Origin: Candidatus Caldarchaeales archaeon
GTDB taxonomy: Archaea; Thermoproteota; Nitrososphaeria_A; Caldarchaeales; Wolframiiraptoraceae
Length of the DNA: 32,169 nucleotides
Assembly: GCA_039630055.1 (NCBI GenBank)
Contig: JBCNVN010000015.1
Span: forward strand, 1 to 32,169
Reading direction: 5' to 3'
Every line of letters begins with the position of its first letter. Position 1 is the first letter of the stretch. Below, piece by piece: positions 26,335 to 32,169 of the stretch. Made by a program: the position numbers and the translations under genes. Below the pieces are notes generated by a model. The model did not search any database. It was not told the origin of the DNA and saw nothing but the letters and a program-made list of their open reading frames with translations.

Positions 26335-27035
26335 CGCTTCTCCCATGCTTTAACAGCTGATTGAGCCATCGATGAAAGAACCTTCTTAGGCTCATTAGAT
26401 TTAACATAGGCGCTTGCAAGTAATACACCTTCAGTCCCCAACTCGATGGCTCTAGCTACATCTTCTCCAACAGATATCCCCGCACCACATAGAACGTGAA
26501 CATTGGGATCTATCCTCTTAACGACTTGGACCGCTCCTTTAACAACTTCAGGCTTAGCTTTAGAGACCGATATACCTGTACCTATCAATTCGGGAGGCTC
26601 TATAGCTATCATATCTGGAGATAGAGCTGCTCCAGCTCTCGTCGTCTCTACAGTATCAGTACATAAGAGAGATATCATATTGTTCTCTTTCAGCTTCTTT
26701 ATAACTACTGGGATATCAGCTAAGACCATTCTCTTCTCAGAATGGTTTACTATAGATCCTACCGCTCCAGCCTCCTTAATCATCTCGACCGTGACCCCGC
26801 CTGTCCAGCTTCCAGGAGGAATTGGATCAACATGTTGTGAGAAGATAGGGATGCTGACAGCTTCTACAGCCTTCCTCAATTCTGTTATAGGTGGGGCCAC
26901 AGCTATTCCTACATCGTATTCTCTAGAAACCTCCTCCGCATACTTCGCTAGCTTAACCATTTTTTCACCGATAGATTCAGAATATACTTTAAAGTTTAGA
27001 ACGATTAAAGGAAATTTTATCATGTAATTCATCAA
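26331..27035 (-). CDS. tpiA: Triosephosphate isomerase (archaeal type)
   Basis: NFKVY, NHSE, IEPPELIGTG, CGAGI and GVLLAS motifs. Confidence 0.97.
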   Translation of the reverse strand: MMNYMIKFPLIVLNFKVYSESIGEKMVKLAKYAEEVSREYDVGIAVAPPITELRKAVEAVSIPIFSQHVDPIPPGSWTGGVTVEMIKEAGAVGSIVNHSEKRMVLADIPVVIKKLKENNMISLLCTDTVETTRAGAALSPDMIAIEPPELIGTGISVSKAKPEVVKGAVQVVKRIDPNVHVLCGAGISVGEDVARAIELGTEGVLLASAYVKSNEPKKVLSSMAQSAVKAWEKR

Positions 27036-27424
27036 AACAATTGATATATTAAACCTTTTTCGATAGATCTACCATCAAGAGAAACCTTGAAGTATCTATA
27101 TTTATACCTAGACTATCTGATTTTTAATCAGCTCGAGTCTTCATAGTTTGAGTCTTCTATAAAGAGTCTATGCGATAGACTAGAGATGAAGAATCCTCGA
27201 TATACTCTCACGATCGAACTCGATGAATCCATCGATTTTAGATTAAAGTAGGCATCTACCATAACCTTCTATTTTTTATTGGATAGTATAAGCTTCTATT
27301 AAGCCTGTGGCTTACATCGCCTCCAACTTTTTTCCGAGACTCAATTACAAAAACTTGAACATATGTCTAAATAGGTGATCCGGAAGACTATGACTGAAGT
27401 ATGTCTCGTTATGAATGATAATAG

Positions 27425-27616
27425 ATCTTTAGGATCGAATTATTTAAAAAGTTACTGGTAAGATTTACTGAAAATAAGCTGGAAGAATTAGCGGAGAAAC
27501 GAATAATATCTCGAGGTATTCATCTGAGTATAGGGCAGGAAGCTGTTGCTGTCCGCGTATATGCCGCTCTTAGAGAAGATAGTGGTATAATATGCTCTTT
27601 AGAGATGGCTAGCTAA
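27425..27616 (+). pseudogene. Remnant of a TPP-dependent 2-oxoacid/acetoin dehydrogenase E1 alpha subunit N-terminus
   Basis: Startless frame reads ...ELFKKLLVRFTENKLEELAEKRIISRGIHLSIGQEAVAVRVYAALRED...*. HLSIGQEAVAV (27521-27553) is the E1-alpha signature. There is an in-frame TAG at 27422 upstream and a premature TAA at 27614. Confidence 0.8.
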
Positions 27617-27716
27617 TAATATTTATTCAAGGTATAAGAAAGAATATTTTAATTATAGTTGATGTTAAACGTATGAGAGAATAGTTTACTCTTTGGGGTG
27701 ACGGGGAGAGAAGACT

Positions 27717-28370
27717 ATGGGACGAACCGATTCGGAGAAGAAACCACCTAAACAAGTGGTTACAATATACTCGCCAGAGTATTTTGGATACAAAGAGATC
27801 GGTACCACCTTGGTATCAGAGCCAAAAGAAGCCGTTGGGAGAACCTTGTGGACAAGCCTATACACTATTACAGGAGATTTTACGAAACAGTACTTGTTAA
27901 TAAGATTTAAGATAATTAGGGTTAAAGATGATTTGACAGCTGAGACAATATTTTATGGACATGAGTATGGTAGAGAGTTTCTGAGAAGTCTGGTGAGGAG
28001 AGGAACATCTAGGATAGATGGGATCTTCAATCTCGTTACAAAAGATGGAATCCATATACGTGTACACGCGATAGCTTTTACGGTTAAGAGGCTGGCTCCC
28101 CACAGTTTAAAGGTTAAGCTGATCAGAAAGAGTATGCAGAAGATCCTTGAAGAAGCATCAAAGAATCTAACTCTACCTCAACTAGCACAAGAGATGGTTC
28201 TTGGAAAAACGGCGTCAGACATATTCCAAGAAGCGAAGAAGATTGCTCAACTAAGACATGTCGGCATCATTAAATCTAAAGTATTAAAGGTGCCAGAATC
28301 AATCTATTTAGAAGCTGTTGGAGAGGAGATGCAGACTGCGGCCACATCGGATGGAGGAAAAGTCGATTAA
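27717..28370 (+). CDS. rps3ae: 30S ribosomal protein S3Ae (eS1)
   Basis: SPEYFG, VGRTL, TGDF, GHEYGREFLRSLVRRGTSRID and KSKVL motifs. Confidence 0.93.
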   Translation: MGRTDSEKKPPKQVVTIYSPEYFGYKEIGTTLVSEPKEAVGRTLWTSLYTITGDFTKQYLLIRFKIIRVKDDLTAETIFYGHEYGREFLRSLVRRGTSRIDGIFNLVTKDGIHIRVHAIAFTVKRLAPHSLKVKLIRKSMQKILEEASKNLTLPQLAQEMVLGKTASDIFQEAKKIAQLRHVGIIKSKVLKVPESIYLEAVGEEMQTAATSDGGKVD

Positions 28371-28962
28371 AGAAAGGGTTGCAGAACAAGCTGCTAGAAT
28401 ACTCTATAATAGATTAGCTGAAGAATATATTGTGGCTAAAAAGATGGCCGCACGAGATATTGGTGTAAAAGTTCTCCCAAAGAATATAGATGTAGCATTA
28501 AAGTTGTTGGAGGTTGCATTAGAGAATGAGGGAGAGGGTTATTGGAGGAGGTTGAAGGATATGAGGGCTCAAGCTTTAGAGTTGATGGAGATACTTGCAG
28601 AGTTTAATCCAAGGCTTGTTGGAAGTGTATGGAGGGGAATAATCAAACAAGATAGCGATATAGATATAGAGGTTGACTGTGAGGTTCTTGAACTGGTGGT
28701 TGGGAAGCTTAGAGGTGCAGGGCTCGAGATAAGAGGTATAGAGAGGATAGATCTTCCAGAACCTCTTAGAGAAGGAAGCATAGTAAAGATAAAGACGGAA
28801 ACTAGAGCTGGTCATCAAGTAGAGATAATATTGAAAGAGCATTATTCTTATCTAAATCCTCCTAGATGCGATATATATGGAGATGTAAAGAAAGGCTTAA
28901 CATTAACGGAGTTGAAGAGAATTATGGAGGATGATCCGACCAGGTTATTCTTACCAAGGTGA
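28351..28962 (+). CDS. Pol-beta superfamily nucleotidyltransferase domain protein
   Basis: LVGSVWRG and DSDIDI (GS..DxD) motifs; N-terminal VAEQAARILY...EYIVAKKMAA helical domain. ATG 28351 overlaps the end of rps3ae. Confidence 0.85.
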   Translation: MEEKSIKERVAEQAARILYNRLAEEYIVAKKMAARDIGVKVLPKNIDVALKLLEVALENEGEGYWRRLKDMRAQALELMEILAEFNPRLVGSVWRGIIKQDSDIDIEVDCEVLELVVGKLRGAGLEIRGIERIDLPEPLREGSIVKIKTETRAGHQVEIILKEHYSYLNPPRCDIYGDVKKGLTLTELKRIMEDDPTRLFLPR

Positions 28963-28968
28963 AGATGG

Positions 28969-29328
28969 ATGGATATAGATGAAAAATCATTCAAGAAGCT
29001 TTTCCCAAACCTGTATAGAGAGATGATGGAGAAGAAGATGTCTACCCAGATAGACGAGGTGAGAACATCTATAGAAGAAGGAGAGGCTGAGGCTGAGAAG
29101 AATAGGCTTGAACCATCTATGCCTACACCAATAGATTACCTTAGAAGATGTGAAAATGATCAAGAAGCATTAGAAGTTATAGAGTATTTAGAGAAGCGGG
29201 GTGAGATAACCGTTGAAGAAGCCCTGAGACTTAAGAAGCAGGTTGAAGATTATGGGGTAAGAAGCTTTGGCTCAAAGAAAGAGTGGGGATACTACTCAAA
29301 GAAATATATCGGCGATGTAGACATCTGA
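28969..29328 (+). CDS. DUF2095-family conserved archaeal protein
   Basis: FKKLFPNL, PTPIDYLRRC, EALEVIEYLEKRGEI and GVRSFGSKKEWGYY motifs. Confidence 0.85.
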   Translation: MDIDEKSFKKLFPNLYREMMEKKMSTQIDEVRTSIEEGEAEAEKNRLEPSMPTPIDYLRRCENDQEALEVIEYLEKRGEITVEEALRLKKQVEDYGVRSFGSKKEWGYYSKKYIGDVDI

Positions 29329-29354
29329 TATTAGAGATTGACCTATCTTATTCA

Positions 29355-30563
29355 CTATCCTCTCTTCGCGGCTGAAACTATAGAGATCACATCACCCCAC
29401 TTTAACGTATATTCATCGCCAACCCTAATCCTCTTCTTTGCATCTATAGCATATAGGAAGGTTTTTCCAAGCTCTGTATGTATCTTGTATGCAAGGTCTC
29501 TAGGCTTAGAACCTTTGGGAACGATGTATACATCTGGTAGAATGTTTCCATCGTGGTCGGTGAGCCTCTCCGGGTCTTCTACCGGATAGACTGGGATAAA
29601 GTTTAGAAGCTTAAAGTATGCCTTATTTACGAGTTCTTGGACTCCTGTAGAACCCCAACGCTTGAAGACCATCTCATAGATCTTCTCGAGAACATTCTTC
29701 TGAGCTCTAGTTAAGCGTGACTCATCAACTATCTCGAAATTCTTATCTCCTGGAAGATATTTCACTAGGTTTTTCTCTGATGCAAGCCTCAAGATCCTCT
29801 CAGCCTCGGCGCTTACGGGAACGGTCTCATAACCTGCCTTGACAAGCTTCTCTACACCCTTATCAGCTTCTCTAATATCTATCTTGTTTGCTGCAACCAT
29901 GATCGGCTTCTCCCTCCTAACAAGCATCGAAGTAAACTCGTACAGATTTTCTCTACTCCACTGGCTAGGTTTATAAGGGTTTAACCCAAGCTCACGGATA
30001 GCTTCACGTATTGCATCTAAACCTATACCCAGTCCAGACAACTTCTTCTCCAGTTCTTCTTCAAGCTCTCCAAACTTGTTCTCAACGATCCTACAGATCC
30101 TCTGCCAATCTACTATAAGGATATCTGTCACCCAATATGTAAATTCTTCTTCAACCAGCTTTACATCGTCTACAGGGTCTCCTGTACCAGGTTCTACAGG
30201 GTTTCCATCTGGGTCGGTTGCTCCAGCAGCATCTACAACAACTATCAATGCTGAGGCTTGTCTAATCTCGTCAAGGAACTGGAGGCCAAGGCCTCTTCCC
30301 TTATGTGCACCTCTAATTATCCCTGGACAGTCGATTACTTCTATTGGTATAAATCTTACCCCATCTATACATCTGCTATTCCTAGGGTTATCCCTTACTC
30401 CAAGCTCTCTACAAACACAGTCTATTCTCAGATAGGTTACTCCACGATTAGGTTTAATGGTTGTGAAGGGATAGTTTGCGATCTCCACTGGGGCGAGAGT
30501 CATCGCGGAGAAGAGAGTGCTCTTCCCAACATTTGCTTTACCAACTATACCTGCTAGCTCCAA
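29355..30563 (-). CDS. ychF: Obg-family GTPase/ATPase YchF with C-terminal TGS domain
   Basis: GKANVGKST (G1), YPFTTI (G2), DCPG (G3), NKID (G4) and LAYKIHTELG (TGS). Confidence 0.93.
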   Translation of the reverse strand: MELAGIVGKANVGKSTLFSAMTLAPVEIANYPFTTIKPNRGVTYLRIDCVCRELGVRDNPRNSRCIDGVRFIPIEVIDCPGIIRGAHKGRGLGLQFLDEIRQASALIVVVDAAGATDPDGNPVEPGTGDPVDDVKLVEEEFTYWVTDILIVDWQRICRIVENKFGELEEELEKKLSGLGIGLDAIREAIRELGLNPYKPSQWSRENLYEFTSMLVRREKPIMVAANKIDIREADKGVEKLVKAGYETVPVSAEAERILRLASEKNLVKYLPGDKNFEIVDESRLTRAQKNVLEKIYEMVFKRWGSTGVQELVNKAYFKLLNFIPVYPVEDPERLTDHDGNILPDVYIVPKGSKPRDLAYKIHTELGKTFLYAIDAKKRIRVGDEYTLKWGDVISIVSAAKRG

Positions 30564-30636
30564 ACCCTCACTATCTTATCTATCTCCTCGAGAAATAAAT
30601 CTTTAGACCGATCCAATTATTAGAGAACGGTTCTAT

Positions 30637-30999
30637 CTATGTTCTCCCATATGCTAGTAGGCTGAAGGTCAATAATACTAGTACTATCATGGTGGTCAAG
30701 ATGTATCTGTAATCTCTTATCTTGGCAAAGTAGATCAATGATATGAGAACTCTAAGATATGGTGTAAAGATCATTATCACAATACCGATAGATGATATCG
30801 TATATGCATTAATATATCCTATCTCAAGTATTAGTCTATCTAACGATAGTATCCATTCACGGTCGAAAATTATCTCTAGACTGTATCTATTCTCATAGAA
30901 GTATAAAGCCACTCCTCCTAAGCATAGGGCTAGGCCTGATACGACACCTATTAGCAGAGCATAGCTTATAACGTCTTCTAGAGTATAGATTCTCTTCAT
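30637..30999 (-). CDS. DUF1634 membrane protein
   Basis: ISYALLIGV, GIVIMIFTPYLRV and RDYRY motifs; ATGA overlap with the TauE gene, a known pairing. Confidence 0.85.
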   Translation of the reverse strand: MKRIYTLEDVISYALLIGVVSGLALCLGGVALYFYENRYSLEIIFDREWILSLDRLILEIGYINAYTISSIGIVIMIFTPYLRVLISLIYFAKIRDYRYILTTMIVLVLLTFSLLAYGRT

Positions 31000-31820
31000 G
31001 CTGTAACACCCTTGTAAATCATCTGGACTAATGCATATCCTAAAACCAAGATAAATATGGTCCTCAGGCTCTTGCTACTCAACCTGTTAAGTATTTTTGT
31101 TCCTGCAATCGATCCTAAGAATGTACCTATCAAAATCGGAGAGACTAGGTCTACATATATTAGCCCAGATGATAGGTATGCTATCGCACCGGACAGAGCT
31201 GTTAATCCTATTATGAAGTTGCTGGTCGTCATGGAGACTTTCGGAGGCATCTTAAGAATGTTCTCATGGATAGATACATTGAAGATTCCTGCACCTATAC
31301 CTAGCATTCCTGCAGCGATCCCTGAGGAGACCATGCCCAACCCTCCCAGAGCCGAGTTTGTAACCTTATAGTATACTTCTCTTTTCAGAAATTCATCATA
31401 GTAGCTTCCCTCTAGCTTAAACCATCTCGAGAGCCTGTCTTGCTTAGTAACCGTTGGAATATCTGCTCTAAGCCTTTTCCTGTATATTATGAGAGATACT
31501 ATAATGAATGATGCAAAGATAAAGTATAGTGGTCTAGAAGGTATAGAGAGAGTGATCGTGGCCCCTATTATCGCTCCGGATACTGTAAAGATCTCTAAAA
31601 ACATCGCTACCCTAATATTTGTGAGCCCTTCTCTGACATAGGATGTGGCCGAGCCGCTTGAAGTAACTATCGTTGCAACGATGCTTGAAGCGATAGCATA
31701 CTTGATCGGGACGCCAAGTTGGGTCATCAGAGGTATAAGTATGATGCCTCCTCCTAGGCCGACAAGTGCACCGAGAAAACCTGCAGGCAGTGATATCAAG
31801 ATAAGAGTTAGAACATCCAT
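30996..31820 (-). CDS. Sulfite exporter TauE/SafE family permease
   Basis: GALVGLGGG, AIASSIV, GMLGIGAG and TTSNF motifs; multiple TM helices. Confidence 0.92.
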   Translation of the reverse strand: MDVLTLILISLPAGFLGALVGLGGGIILIPLMTQLGVPIKYAIASSIVATIVTSSGSATSYVREGLTNIRVAMFLEIFTVSGAIIGATITLSIPSRPLYFIFASFIIVSLIIYRKRLRADIPTVTKQDRLSRWFKLEGSYYDEFLKREVYYKVTNSALGGLGMVSSGIAAGMLGIGAGIFNVSIHENILKMPPKVSMTTSNFIIGLTALSGAIAYLSSGLIYVDLVSPILIGTFLGSIAGTKILNRLSSKSLRTIFILVLGYALVQMIYKGVTA

Positions 31821-31867
31821 CTCTAAAGCTCTTTAGGAAGCCTATATATTAGCTATCCTCCTATAAG

Positions 31868-32169
31868 CTATGAGCTTTGAGACTTCTTCTCTTCTCTCTT
31901 AGCTATACGTCTTAATAGAGTATTGGGAAGTTGTACATCCTTATCATTTCTTATCGATGGATGGTTTGGGTCAACTAATACCACTTCAAACCATTTATAC
32001 ATTCCATCTTCCGCAACCCAGTAGGCTCCAAGCGGATATAGGTTTGGATACTTCTTTACTACACGATGTAATGCTTCATCCTTCATGCTTACATTTACCT
32101 TATGTTTAACTACTCCGATCGTCTTCGGTCTTCTACCAGATCTCGGTCTCGGCTTCTGGAATCCACCCC
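31868..32169 (-). CDS. rpl15e: 50S ribosomal protein L15e, 5'-partial
   Basis: Frame is open to the window edge: GGFQKPRPRSGRRPKTIGV...KYPNLYPLGAYWVAEDGMYKWFEVVLVDPNHPSIRND. Confidence 0.95.
   Translation of the reverse strand, partial: GGFQKPRPRSGRRPKTIGVVKHKVNVSMKDEALHRVVKKYPNLYPLGAYWVAEDGMYKWFEVVLVDPNHPSIRNDKDVQLPNTLLRRIAKREEKKSQSS

Noticed and set aside
26503-27027. 174-aa + strand ORF and the many other nested antisense ORFs in the track
   Set aside because: They lie fully inside well-supported genes on the opposite strand and have no motifs, as expected for shadow ORFs.
27186-27251. Short ORF MKNPRYTLTIELDESIDFRLK*, resembling the start of a ribbon-helix-helix protein
   Set aside because: It is too short and has no supporting continuation, so it may be chance.

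Overview
Archaeal chromosomal window, AT-rich (roughly 40% GC by eye). Gene content suggests a thermophilic TACK lineage such as Aigarchaeota/Nitrososphaeria (inference): archaeal ProRS, TpiA, FBP aldolase/phosphatase, eS1/S3Ae, eL15, tungsten AOR, and a chorismate mutase-aminotransferase fusion. It is mostly core metabolism, with no mobile elements, CRISPR, rRNA or tRNA seen. It carries a scattered LysW-dependent Lys/Arg pathway (lysK-lysX-lysW, lysZ, lysY, argX; no lysJ), interrupted by a B12 radical-SAM gene resembling GDGT ring synthases. Four features missing from the ORF track were read directly from the sequence: lysW, a 49-aa GatC/AtzG-like ORF before the amidase, a box C/D guide RNA whose two guides both fit a tRNA-Lys(UUU) anticodon arm (U34, C39), and a decayed 2-oxoacid dehydrogenase E1-alpha fragment. 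The best candidate for a novel system is 996..2348: a SlaB-like envelope stalk (signal peptide, beta domain, ~195-aa coiled coil, TM helix) fused to a cytoplasmic AbrB/MazE DNA-binding domain. Other oddities are a thiolase lacking both catalytic cysteines next to DUF35, an acylphosphatase lacking its catalytic Asn, a face-to-face-type histone, and apparent enrichment of TCTAGA/CTAG.
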